Assembly (NCBI GenBank): GCA_036339295.1 | Contig: JAYZBK010000079.1 | Location: 240-64,239, forward strand | DNA from: Planctomycetota bacterium | GTDB taxonomy: Bacteria > Planctomycetota > Phycisphaerae > Phycisphaerales > SM1A02 | DNA length: 64,000 nt | Reading direction: 5' to 3' | Part shown: one piece after another, positions 37,701 through 46,069 of the stretch | Layout: the number at the start of each line of letters is the position of its first letter | How positions within the stretch are numbered: position 1 is the stretch's first letter | The notes under the pieces: generated by a model | The model's input: only the letters and a program-made list of their open reading frames with translations | What the model was told of the DNA's origin: nothing | Databases searched by the model: none | Position numbers and translations under genes: made by a program

Positions 37701-38798
37701 GATCGTGTTCAGGACGACCTCGGCACTGTCTCCGAGGTCGAAGTGGAACTCGATGCCCGGCTGGCCGGAGAGGATCGTGCCGATGTTCAGCGTCGAGGCA
37801 TCGCTCAGGTTGAAGTTGAAGATCCCGCCCTGGGAATCGTTGAACACCGTGCCAAGGATCGTCACCTCGTCGGCGCCGTCGGTCGTGACGTTGATGTTCA
37901 TCTCGTCGAACCCGTTGGCGAGCGACCACGTCCGGGACCCGGAGAACGTGACCGAGGCGTCTCCCGCCCCGGTGGTGTCGATGGTCAGGTCGCCGGCGAA
38001 TTCGGTGCCCGCGGACCAGTTCACGGTCTGGCCGCCGGTCACGAGGAGGCTGAAGGCCCCGGCGAGCGTGACGTCGCCCGAGAAGGTCGCGGTCGCGCCC
38101 GCGTCGTTGCCGCCGATCGTCAGGGCTGCTCCGTCCACGAAGCCCACGTTCCCCCCGAAGACCGCCGACGAGGAGTCGCCGCTGTTCTCGAAGAAGAGGT
38201 TCGAGGAACCGAGGAAGTCGACGTTCCCGAAGTTGACCTGGACGCCGTCGTCGAAGATGAAGCCGAAGGCGTCGTTCACCGTCACGTCGCCGGCGAAGGT
38301 GGCGGTGCCGGAGTTGAAGGTGGCGACCCCGCCCGCGACCCCCGACTGGCCGAACTCGACCGTGTCGTTGAAGAGCACGCTGCCGGTCTCGTTCAGGTTG
38401 AACGTGACGTCGCCGAGGAACGTGACGCCCACGTCGAAGGTGAAGCTGCCGGTTCCGGTGTCGATCGTCGAGGTCGGGTCGAAGACGAACGAGCCCCCAC
38501 CGTCGCTGAAGGTGATCGCCAGGTTGTCGACGGTGTTGTCGAGGCCGTTGATGCCCGTCACGCCCGCGTCGAGGAGGATGTCGAACGGATCCCCTCCCGG
38601 AAGGTCGATGTCGAAGACGATGCCGTTGCCACCCAGGTCGTCGCCTGGATAGACGTCCCCGAGCCAGTTGGTCGCCTCGCTGTAGTTCGTCCCGTCACCC
38701 GCCTCGCCGTCGAACGTGCTGTCCTGGGCTTGGGCCGCGGTGGTCATCGCGGCAAGGACCGCGGCCACCCGGAGACCCGGCCTGATGCCGGCCGCCAT
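34797..38798 (-). CDS. Autotransporter (type Va) outer-membrane protein with about 1000-aa beta-helical passenger
   Basis: Start at ATG 38798 (MAAGIRPGLRVAAVLAAMTTAAQAQD signal peptide); ATG 38858 is the alternative. G/T/D/N-rich passenger with repetitive FxGDVT-type rungs. C-terminal beta-barrel with alternating hydrophobics, ending in ...FIAGVTISF (terminal Phe). Confidence 0.8.
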   Translation of the reverse strand: MAAGIRPGLRVAAVLAAMTTAAQAQDSTFDGEAGDGTNYSEATNWLGDVYPGDDLGGNGIVFDIDLPGGDPFDILLDAGVTGINGLDNTVDNLAITFSDGGGSFVFDPTSTIDTGTGSFTFDVGVTFLGDVTFNLNETGSVLFNDTVEFGQSGVAGGVATFNSGTATFAGDVTVNDAFGFIFDDGVQVNFGNVDFLGSSNLFFENSGDSSSAVFGGNVGFVDGAALTIGGNDAGATATFSGDVTLAGAFSLLVTGGQTVNWSAGTEFAGDLTIDTTGAGDASVTFSGSRTWSLANGFDEMNINVTTDGADEVTILGTVFNDSQGGIFNFNLSDASTLNIGTILSGQPGIEFHFDLGDSAEVVLNTIDPTGAGVANANNFAFQSLNDAEGAGGVVSTDGDFDALLFIRGGTFHGSFVNNGTANFEVNWAQGESRYNGSSDYQGTYRVRNEAVHRLGFFDAEGDPLANIRASLDGISLFAVLQATAYLENADVATAAGGIDPEDDAVLSLGSGNTSAATLVIENDSTLHARGNFTTDAASVLMITGESTAAPGGSTDGRNLLVDGVSTLAGTIDISATSDGVTENARFVGASTLSGSLTQSSTSYVSFGDTLDLLAGGQWSLTETATGLVEGDFTVAGLLNLEGTSADGLQVDGSTTVSSGGQIQLLGSRTMNVGGDFTLETGGTVMLEKGTGMTIGGDYVGDGTLVIEASDSDASTFAVTGSFTSSGSTRIEAGTTLSASSLVLTDGAIMEFDDLNLEDATTVVVDLQEGVSVGSGAQLFGSGVINLNLAGGDEDFTVAGGGILSAGAIGATQGLLEINGGDLVTESDSVLRFGVNGDIAQATNGIGESSIIDVAGVVVFENGTRLEVDVQQGAYIPTSPTQGIAGGLEFVLLEADDFVNSGGIDLEAGSPSITRDWIFEVEDNAGGPDRILASSTADYTNTLSGNQFAIGELLNSFREPANFDPTGVYGSLLGQLDAISTASAYQAAILGLEPTAQISAIQTAALSQYHDVLRQEIRRRFVVVERRSPAPFRLGDSFELAGQEAVVDRSIRRQLQADPTAEGFGAFWGRRVTTPSDDGLVGLDGNEYGGIGGFGWRLSDRWTGGVDIGYSAIMGNLVGGYGTSRIGTVRGGGFLTWASGDGLFLDMAVSGGWNNYNFDRLVPNTNLSNESNADGFQIDGTVGVGYRMPLAEGFAFTPTGSFLYSYINTGSIDEQTSSNPTTAAGLSIDPGDLSSFIGRVGGEISWSVLPGMVVDGRLGWQGNFTDNGNYDVGLANQAAAVPIIVENQTINTAYYGAGLNWNVAEQIDVNLQWEGRSGDGLNSQMFIAGVTISF

Positions 38799-39030
38799 CC
38801 CGCCGCCGGGGATCGCGTTGCAGGAGGAATCTTCGTTCAGCTGGACGCTGGAGGGCATGCTGGTGTTCCCGGGGCGAGCGGGCTCCCGGGCAGGGCCGGA
38901 ATCCGCTCTGAATGGGGCGAGACGGGGCTTCGCGGCGAATCCATCGCCGCGCTTCGACGATGGAATATCGGTCGAAGGCGGCCCACCTCCCCACCATTCC
39001 TCGCGAATCCCAGCTGTTGTTATCGGACGA

Positions 39031-41106
39031 CTAGTCTCGATCGGGGCCGGGTTCCCGGCCGTTGCCGGTCCGCTGGCCCCGCCTTCCCGCGAGCCCTTCC
39101 TCGAGTTCCTCCCAGGTGACCCGACGATCGCCGTCCCGGTCGAGCCGGCGGAAGACCTCCCGATACGGGCGGGGGCACTCCCTTCGGGCGATGACGCCGT
39201 CCCCATCGCGATCGAGGAGGGCCATGATCCGGGCCGGGGTCATCCCGGCCTCCGCGGCGATGTCGGCGGCCTCCCGTCGGGGCACGAGGTACTCGACGTA
39301 TCCCAGCATCATCTCCTCGAAGGTCTGGTCCCCCCAGCGGACCTCGTCGGAGGGATCGGGATTGGCCGGATTGCCGGCCGAGTTGTCGAAGGTGGCGTGA
39401 CCCTCGAGCGTCGATCCCCCGGGAACGAGCCTCGGCTCGGCATGGACGTAGTTCAGCTGCCAGTTGAAGTCGTAGTCGGGGACGTCCAGCAGGACCTCGC
39501 GGGTGCCGTCCGGCGCGACCAGCTCGTAGCGATACGACCGACCCCTCACGTGCATGTGCGGGAGGAACGAGAGGATCCGGACGTCGTCGGGCACCCGCAG
39601 GCGGGCGGAGACCGGATGGGCCTCCGCCCCGGGCGGGATGCGGAACCGGCGGTTGGCGAGACTCGTGACCATCACCTCGGTCTCGGGCGGCGCGTCGGCG
39701 AATCGCAGCCCGATGCGGGTGCGATCGGTGGTCGCCCGTCCGTTCGGGGTGTAGTGGCGCTGGAGGAAGAGACGGGCGCCCGCCGGAAGTCGCTTCGCCA
39801 TCGTCCGGCCGCCCGAGACCGCCGGGTCGGCGTAGTCCATCGCGCGGTGGCCGGGCACGTAGGCGGCGAGGAATCCGTCGCGATCGACCTGGCCGCTCGC
39901 CGGATCGCGGACGAAGACCCGGAGGTGGTGGAGGGCGTCGAGGGCGGTCGGCACGACCTCCCACGCCTCGATCCACCTGTCCTCGCGGAATCCGGTGTCG
40001 ACCGTCACGTTGACGTAGTCGAGGTAGCCGTCCGCGGGGATCTCGATCTCCTCCGGGATCTCGAGCACGAGATCCGGTTCGCCGATCGACCACGCCGCGA
40101 TCGAACCCGGTCGCGGACGATCGCGGGCGTCGGCCCGCGGCCCCTGGCCGGGATCCCCGGAGAGTCGCCGACCCCGGGCCCAGGCCACGATCGCGTCCCG
40201 CTCCTCCGCCGCGAGGGAGCGGTCGTTCATCCACGGCGACTCGCCTCCGTGCGGATCCGGGGCGGCGAACCACGGCGGCATCAGCCCTCGCTCGACCTGC
40301 CGCGCGATCATCCCGGCGTTCGCCCGGGCCTCCGCCTCGTCGTCGAGCGGGAACGGACCGACCCCGCCGTCGCGATGGCAGTCGACGCAATGGACGTCGA
40401 GGAGCCGGGAGATCGTCCCGTGCCAGGTGGGTTCCTCCTCGAGGCGGGGCCGGACGACGTCCAGCCCGAGGTCGCACCCCGGCGCGGTGGTCGCCGCGAC
40501 CGGGACGATCCCGCCACCGAGCACCGCGTCGACCGCATCCGCGAGCGGGGTCGTGCGCGGTTCGGCACGCACGTAGCCGAGGCCGATCCGATCGTCGACC
40601 GCCCCGCGATACCGGATGGTCCCGCGATCGTCGAGAACGAACGCCTCCGTCGTCGTCAGTGCGCCGAGGGCACCGGCCACCGCTCGGCCGGGATCGTGGA
40701 TCGCCTCGCCCGCGAATCCGGCATCATCGAGCAGCCGACGCAGTTCGGCCTCGGCGTCGTTGCCCTGGACGTCGACGAGGATGGTGCGAACGCCTCGGGA
40801 CGACCACGCCTTCTCGAGGCCCGCGAGGATCGGCGCCCATCGCAGGCTCAGTGGACACGTGGTGCTCGTCATGACCAGGACGGTCGCGATCGGCCGGTCG
40901 TCCGCCTCGAGCGGCCGGCCGTCGATCGTGTTCACCGACGGCAGGACCGCCCGTCGCCCGACCCCGACGCGGTCGCCGGGGACGACCTTCGGCGCCTCGC
41001 GGACCACCGAGGCGTCCTGGACCGGCACCGCGTGGACGACCGGGACGGCGAGGATCGACGCGACCGCCGCGAAGCAGGCCGCCGTCATGGACGGGAGCAG
41101 CGACAC
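39031..41106 (-). CDS. Secreted fusion: thioredoxin-like (redoxin) + heme c + PHM/DBH-like copper monooxygenase + 2 EF-hands
   Basis: Signal peptide. Redoxin fold with TCPLS. Heme motif CVDCH...MPP. PHM-like ligand pattern HH (ALHHLRVF), H (QRHYTP), HMH (LPHMHVRG), M (EEMMLGY). EF loops DRDGDGVIARRE and DRDGDRRVTWEE. Confidence 0.75.
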   Translation of the reverse strand: MSLLPSMTAACFAAVASILAVPVVHAVPVQDASVVREAPKVVPGDRVGVGRRAVLPSVNTIDGRPLEADDRPIATVLVMTSTTCPLSLRWAPILAGLEKAWSSRGVRTILVDVQGNDAEAELRRLLDDAGFAGEAIHDPGRAVAGALGALTTTEAFVLDDRGTIRYRGAVDDRIGLGYVRAEPRTTPLADAVDAVLGGGIVPVAATTAPGCDLGLDVVRPRLEEEPTWHGTISRLLDVHCVDCHRDGGVGPFPLDDEAEARANAGMIARQVERGLMPPWFAAPDPHGGESPWMNDRSLAAEERDAIVAWARGRRLSGDPGQGPRADARDRPRPGSIAAWSIGEPDLVLEIPEEIEIPADGYLDYVNVTVDTGFREDRWIEAWEVVPTALDALHHLRVFVRDPASGQVDRDGFLAAYVPGHRAMDYADPAVSGGRTMAKRLPAGARLFLQRHYTPNGRATTDRTRIGLRFADAPPETEVMVTSLANRRFRIPPGAEAHPVSARLRVPDDVRILSFLPHMHVRGRSYRYELVAPDGTREVLLDVPDYDFNWQLNYVHAEPRLVPGGSTLEGHATFDNSAGNPANPDPSDEVRWGDQTFEEMMLGYVEYLVPRREAADIAAEAGMTPARIMALLDRDGDGVIARRECPRPYREVFRRLDRDGDRRVTWEELEEGLAGRRGQRTGNGREPGPDRD

Positions 41107-41154
41107 GTGACCTCCGATGACCTTCCTTGGCGCCGAATGCGACGCCGGGGACCG

Positions 41155-42387
41155 CTACTTCACGGAAGACATGCGGATCGGCGTCCGCTCGCGGGCCGAG
41201 AGGATCGCGGCCTCGAGGACCCGCTGCGTCTCGAACGCATCCTCGAAGTCGGGCATGGGCACCTCCGGCTTCCGTCCACCGAGGATCCGGATCATGTCGG
41301 CGACCTGGCTCACGAAGCCGTGCTCGTAGCCCAGGCCATGGGCCGCGGGCCAGTACGAATCCACGTACGGATGCGCCCCGGCCTCGGTGCACATGATCCG
41401 GCTCCATCCGCGGAGGCCGGGCTCGAGCGTGTGGTCCCACCACTGGAGCTCGTTCATCCGCTCGAAGTCGAACTTGAGCGATCCCTTCTCGCCGTTGATC
41501 TCGATGTTGTTCCGGTTCAGGTTGCCGGTCGCGAGCCGGGTCGCCTCGAAGCTCGCCACGGCGCCCTGCTTGAACTTCGCGAGGAAGAGCACCGCGTCGT
41601 CGACGGTCGAACGGCCGGTCCTGGCCTTCCCGCCGCGACCCTTCGTCCCCTTGATCGCCGCGCCCGCGTCGCCGACCAGCTCGCGTCGGGTGACGAACGT
41701 CTCCTCGACGCCGCCGACGACCTCCGCGACCTCGTCCCCCGTGAGGAAGCGGGCGAGGTCGATGATGTGGGCGTTGAGGTCGCCGTGCGCCCCAGAGCCC
41801 GCCTGCTTGGAGTCGAACCGCCACACCAGCGGCGTGTCGGGGTGCCCCCAGTCCTGGAGATAGCTCGCCCGCACGTGGAAGATCCGCCCGAGCCGGCCCT
41901 TCGCGATGAGCTGGTGGGCGAAGGCGAGCGCCGGGACGCGTCGGTAGTTGAACGAGACGAAGCTCTCGACGCCCTTCCGCCTCGCCTTGCGAGCCGCATC
42001 GCGCATGCGCCGAGCGTCGTCGAGCGTCCCGGCAAGGGGCTTCTCGCACGCGACGTGCTTGCCGGCCTCGAGGGCCTCGATCGACATCGGTGCATGCAGG
42101 TGGTTCGGCGTGCAGACGTCCACGAGGTCCACCTCGGGATCCGACACGAGTTCGTGCCAGTCGGTCGTGCTCGACTCCCAGCCCCAGTTCTCGGCGAAGC
42201 GGCAGGTCTCCTGCCCTTCGCGGCCGCTGGCCGACCGCATCGCGATCGCCCGGGGAAGATCGAAGAAGCGGCCCGCGGAGAGCCAGGCGTTGGCGTGGGC
42301 CTTCCCCATGAAACCCGTGCCGATGATGCCGACCCCGACGGGCCCGCGCCGCGATCCCGTGGTCCGCCTTGCGCCGCTCTTCGCCAT
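41155..42387 (-). CDS. Gfo/Idh/MocA family oxidoreductase
   Basis: VGVGIIGTGFMGKAHANAW Rossmann N-terminus, EKPLA motif (CEKPLAGTLDDARRM). 410 aa. Confidence 0.85.
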   Translation of the reverse strand: MAKSGARRTTGSRRGPVGVGIIGTGFMGKAHANAWLSAGRFFDLPRAIAMRSASGREGQETCRFAENWGWESSTTDWHELVSDPEVDLVDVCTPNHLHAPMSIEALEAGKHVACEKPLAGTLDDARRMRDAARKARRKGVESFVSFNYRRVPALAFAHQLIAKGRLGRIFHVRASYLQDWGHPDTPLVWRFDSKQAGSGAHGDLNAHIIDLARFLTGDEVAEVVGGVEETFVTRRELVGDAGAAIKGTKGRGGKARTGRSTVDDAVLFLAKFKQGAVASFEATRLATGNLNRNNIEINGEKGSLKFDFERMNELQWWDHTLEPGLRGWSRIMCTEAGAHPYVDSYWPAAHGLGYEHGFVSQVADMIRILGGRKPEVPMPDFEDAFETQRVLEAAILSARERTPIRMSSVK

Positions 42388-42552
42388 CTGGAACTCCCGT
42401 GTCGTGCAGGGTGATTCGGTGCGACGAGCCGCCGTCGAGTCGACGGTCCCGTCGGGAACGATCGCCGCCCGAGTCGTCGGACGTCGGTCAGTATCCTAAC
42501 CGGCGCCCCACCGTCGCTCATCCGCGGAGGTGGACCAGACTGGAGCATCACC

Positions 42553-43995
42553 ATGAAGCACGGGTCGCCCGAACCGACACCCTCCGACGACCTGTCCACG
42601 CGCCTCGCGACGCTCGAATCGCGACTCCGCGAGGAACGTCGTCGGAGCCGGAGACTGGAACGACTGCTGATCGGCGGCCTGCTCGTCGCGACCTTCGCCG
42701 GCGTCGCCGCCGGCACCGCCGCCCGCACCGCGGTCGACGTGGTCCAGACGCGTCGCCTCGAGATCCTCGACGAGAACGACCGCGTGGTGCTCCTCGCCAC
42801 CGCCGCCCGACACGGCGGCCGGGTGGACATCTGGGACGCGGCGCAGCGGAACATCGCCCGGATCACCGGCAACGGACTCGGCGGCGACCTCAGCATCTTC
42901 GATCGACGGGGTCGCCAGGTCGCCGGCGTGTATGCCGACGAGACGGCCGCCCGGATCGAGGTCAACAACCCGGCGGACGGTTCCGCCGCGGCGCTGCTGA
43001 CGGCGACCGAGCGCGGCGGGGTCGTGTCGACCTCGGACGCCGGTGGTCGCCGCACCGCCCGCATGACCTCGGACCCGACCGGCGGTTCGATCGTCGTCGG
43101 CGCGCCCGGCCGCGATCTCGCCACGATCGACGTGGGCGAGCGCGGCGGTCGCCTCACGACCGCGACCACCGAGGACGGCGGGAGCTCCCGCATCGACGGC
43201 GACCGGGTGCGGATCCTGGCCTCCACGAGGACGGTGGCCGAGCTCGGACGGAACGACCTGGGCGGAACCCTCGAGATCCTCGACGGCGCGGGACGCACGA
43301 GGCTCGAACTCGCCGGGGACGAGACCGGGGGAAGGCTCGAGGCGCGCGACGCCGCGGGCGTCGCGGTCGTCGGCATCGGGGTCGGAACCGGTGGAAGCGG
43401 CCTTCGGGTCCGGAATCGCGAAGGCGTTTCGGTGGTCGCGATCGGTGCGGATCCCGAAGGACACGGTGCGTTCGAACTCTCGGACGCCGAAGGCGTCCGA
43501 TGCGTCGGCATGGGGATCGACGAGCAGGCGGGCCGACTCGCGATCCACGGTCGGGACGGCCGAAGGCTGCTCGCGGCGAGCGGCGACCGCGAGGGCGGCC
43601 GACTCGAGGTCCGGGACTCGGAGGAGCGGGTGGTCGGCGTGATGCGGGGGGCGGGCGAAGGCGGCCGCCTGGTCATCGGGCTCGAGCCCGCGGGCATCGG
43701 CATCGTCGTCGAGGCCCTGGAGCAGGAATCCCCCTCCATCGCGATGTTCAGTCCCAACGGACTCGGCGCCGCGATCGCGGCCGCGCCGTCGGGGGGCCTG
43801 ATCAACCTGCTCGACGCGAACGGCGACGTCGCCGTCGCGGTGGGCGCGGCCAACGACGCCGACGGCGGCGTCGTCTCGGTCAGGAACGAGGAAGGAAACG
43901 AGATCGTGCGAGCCGGCTCGACGGAGGACGGCGTCGGCGTGATCGAGGTGTTCAATCGAAACCAGACGAGGAAGCGGAGCCTCAACGCCCCATGA
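42553..43995 (+). CDS. Membrane-anchored protein made of about 19 tandem 22-aa beta-hairpin-like repeats (unknown family)
   Basis: GGAG 7 nt upstream of ATG 42553. Coiled-coil/basic N-terminus, one TM helix (LIGGLLVATFAGVAAGTAA), then repeats of consensus GGxLxhxDxxGxxhhxhGxxxx. High GC3. Confidence 0.7.
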   Translation: MKHGSPEPTPSDDLSTRLATLESRLREERRRSRRLERLLIGGLLVATFAGVAAGTAARTAVDVVQTRRLEILDENDRVVLLATAARHGGRVDIWDAAQRNIARITGNGLGGDLSIFDRRGRQVAGVYADETAARIEVNNPADGSAAALLTATERGGVVSTSDAGGRRTARMTSDPTGGSIVVGAPGRDLATIDVGERGGRLTTATTEDGGSSRIDGDRVRILASTRTVAELGRNDLGGTLEILDGAGRTRLELAGDETGGRLEARDAAGVAVVGIGVGTGGSGLRVRNREGVSVVAIGADPEGHGAFELSDAEGVRCVGMGIDEQAGRLAIHGRDGRRLLAASGDREGGRLEVRDSEERVVGVMRGAGEGGRLVIGLEPAGIGIVVEALEQESPSIAMFSPNGLGAAIAAAPSGGLINLLDANGDVAVAVGAANDADGGVVSVRNEEGNEIVRAGSTEDGVGVIEVFNRNQTRKRSLNAP

Positions 43996-46010
43996 ATCCA
44001 CTCCATCGAATCCAGCGCCGATCGCTCGCATCGCTCGTCGTGGGCATCGCCCTCGTCGTGGCCGGCACCTCCCCGCCGGCGAGCGCGATCCCGCCGATGC
44101 CGACGCCACCACCGGCCGCCGGCGAGGAGTCCCCCACCGTCGCCCCGCCCCCCGCGGGACTCGGCTCGCCCCGGGCGACCCTCCAGACCCTCTTCCGCGC
44201 GGTCTCGACCTCGGGCACGGTCCAGCTCGACACCGCGACCGACTGCTTCGCGAAGTCCTCCCTGCCTCCGACCGAGGCGGTTCGTCGTCAGAGCATCGCC
44301 TCGTTCGTCCAGACCCTGGACTGGCTCGGATGGCGGGACCCCGCGATCCTCGACGAGGCGCCCGCCGAGGTGCAGGCGAGCGAGCCGGGGACGTTCCAGC
44401 TCCTCCCGGACACCGGACCGGGAGGGGATGCGACGGCGGTTCGATCCGGCCTCCTGCTCGACAAGCTCGACGTCGAACCGAGGATCGTCATCCGGAGGGG
44501 ACCGGACGGCGCCTGGAGGTTCGGGGAGTCGGCGCTCGCCCCCGACGTCCTCGATGCCGCGAAGGTGGCGGTCCGGACCCTCCGTCGCGAGAACGGCGAG
44601 GAGCCGGCACCCGGCGGCGGGCTGGAAGGCTGGATCACGTCCTCGGGGCCGGAGTGGCTCTCCCAGCGGATCGCCTTCATCGAGATCTGGCAGTGGATCG
44701 GGCTGGGGATCGTGATCCTGCTCGGGCTCAGCCTCGATCTCGTCGCCCGACTGGTCTCCCTCGCCGCCCTTCGTCGCCTCGTCCGGAGGATCCACGAGCA
44801 CACGGAGGACCTCACGGTCCGACGCGCGGTGCGCGGGATCGGACTGGTCGCGTCCACCTCGACCTGGCTCTTCCTGCTGCCGTTCCTCGACCTGCCCCTC
44901 GTCGCCTTCGGAGTGCTGCAGCCCGCGACCCGCCTCGCCTTCGTCCTGGCGCTCTTCTGGTGCGGCTGGCGGGCGATCGACCTCGCCGGCGAGGTCGCGC
45001 TCGGCCGGGCCCATCGCTCGGAGACCAAGGCGGACGACATCCTCGTCCCGATGTTCCGGAAGACCCTGAAGGTCATCCTCGTCGCCTTCGTCCTCCTGAA
45101 TCTCGCCCCGCTGCTCGGGCTCGAGCTGGGACCGCTCATCGCGGCGATCGGCGTCGGATCGTTCGGCTTCGCCTTCGCGTTCAAGAACTCCCTCGAGAAC
45201 CTCTTCGGAAGCGTCACCGTGATCCTCGACCGACCGTTCCAGGTCGGGGACTGGGTCGTGGTCGAGGGCGTCGAGGGCACCGTCGAGGCGGTCGGCCTGC
45301 GATCGACGCGGATCCGGACCTTCTACAACTCGCTGGTCTCGCTCCCCAACTCCAACCTGATCACCACCAAGGTCGACAACTACGGCCTTCGGAAGTACCG
45401 GCGGTGGAAGACCGACATCGGCGTGCTCTACGGGACGCCGGTGCCCCGGATCGAGGCGTTCTGCGCCGGGATCCGGGAGCTGGTCCGGGAGCACCCGTAC
45501 ACCCGGAAGGACTACTACCAGGTGTGGGTCAACGAATTCGGCGCCAGCGGGATCAACATCCTCGTCTACGTGTTCTGGCAGGCACCCGACTGGCAGACCG
45601 AGCTTCGCGAGCGGCATCGCTTCATGGTCGACATCATGCGGCTCGCCGACGCGGTCGGCGTCGAGTTCGCCTATCCGTCCCAGACGATCTACCTCGAACG
45701 GGCCGGCGCCCGGGCGAAGCCGCTCGACGCCTCCCTCGATGCCGCGACCGATCAGCGGACGGCGATGCGGGCCGGCCGGAACGCGGTCCGCGAGCTCACC
45801 AAGGACGCCCTCTGGCGGACCCAGGAGATCCCGAAGTACCGCTTCCTCGACGCCGAGGAGACGGCCCGGATCGACTCGATCGCCGACGAGGGCCACGCCG
45901 CGGCCGTCGAATCCCGGATCGAGAAGCAGGAACGCTCGGATCTGCCCTCGGAGGCGGGGGACGATCCGGAGAAGCCCGACTTCACCGAGCAGCGGGACGC
46001 GGGCGGCTGA
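43992..46010 (+). CDS. MscS-family mechanosensitive channel with about 200-aa periplasmic N-domain
   Basis: Last 672 aa of track ORF 42369..46010. ATG 43992 overlaps the upstream stop (ATGA). Signal peptide, periplasmic domain, TM helices, then the MscS core (FKNSLENLFGSVTVILDRPFQVGDWVVVEGVEGTVEAVGLRSTRIRT). Confidence 0.85.
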   Translation: MNPLHRIQRRSLASLVVGIALVVAGTSPPASAIPPMPTPPPAAGEESPTVAPPPAGLGSPRATLQTLFRAVSTSGTVQLDTATDCFAKSSLPPTEAVRRQSIASFVQTLDWLGWRDPAILDEAPAEVQASEPGTFQLLPDTGPGGDATAVRSGLLLDKLDVEPRIVIRRGPDGAWRFGESALAPDVLDAAKVAVRTLRRENGEEPAPGGGLEGWITSSGPEWLSQRIAFIEIWQWIGLGIVILLGLSLDLVARLVSLAALRRLVRRIHEHTEDLTVRRAVRGIGLVASTSTWLFLLPFLDLPLVAFGVLQPATRLAFVLALFWCGWRAIDLAGEVALGRAHRSETKADDILVPMFRKTLKVILVAFVLLNLAPLLGLELGPLIAAIGVGSFGFAFAFKNSLENLFGSVTVILDRPFQVGDWVVVEGVEGTVEAVGLRSTRIRTFYNSLVSLPNSNLITTKVDNYGLRKYRRWKTDIGVLYGTPVPRIEAFCAGIRELVREHPYTRKDYYQVWVNEFGASGINILVYVFWQAPDWQTELRERHRFMVDIMRLADAVGVEFAYPSQTIYLERAGARAKPLDASLDAATDQRTAMRAGRNAVRELTKDALWRTQEIPKYRFLDAEETARIDSIADEGHAAAVESRIEKQERSDLPSEAGDDPEKPDFTEQRDAGG

Positions 46011-46069
46011 CCGTCGACGGGTATCATCGGCAGCCCGCGTCCGCCGAAGGACGCCACCGGAGACCAGAA

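Noticed and set aside
34221-39119. 1632-aa plus-strand ORF, the longest in the window.
   Set aside because: Antisense to the autotransporter, whose own frame has a signal peptide, passenger repeats and a beta-barrel ending in Phe. The antisense translation is V/D/E/R/G-rich, mirroring the passenger's codons.
42432-42446. Perfect 15-nt palindrome CCGTCGAGTCGACGG in the divergent Gfo/Idh/MocA / repeat-protein spacer, possibly an operator.
   Set aside because: Short GC-rich palindromes are frequent at this base composition. There is no adjacent regulator gene and no second copy to support a binding-site claim.
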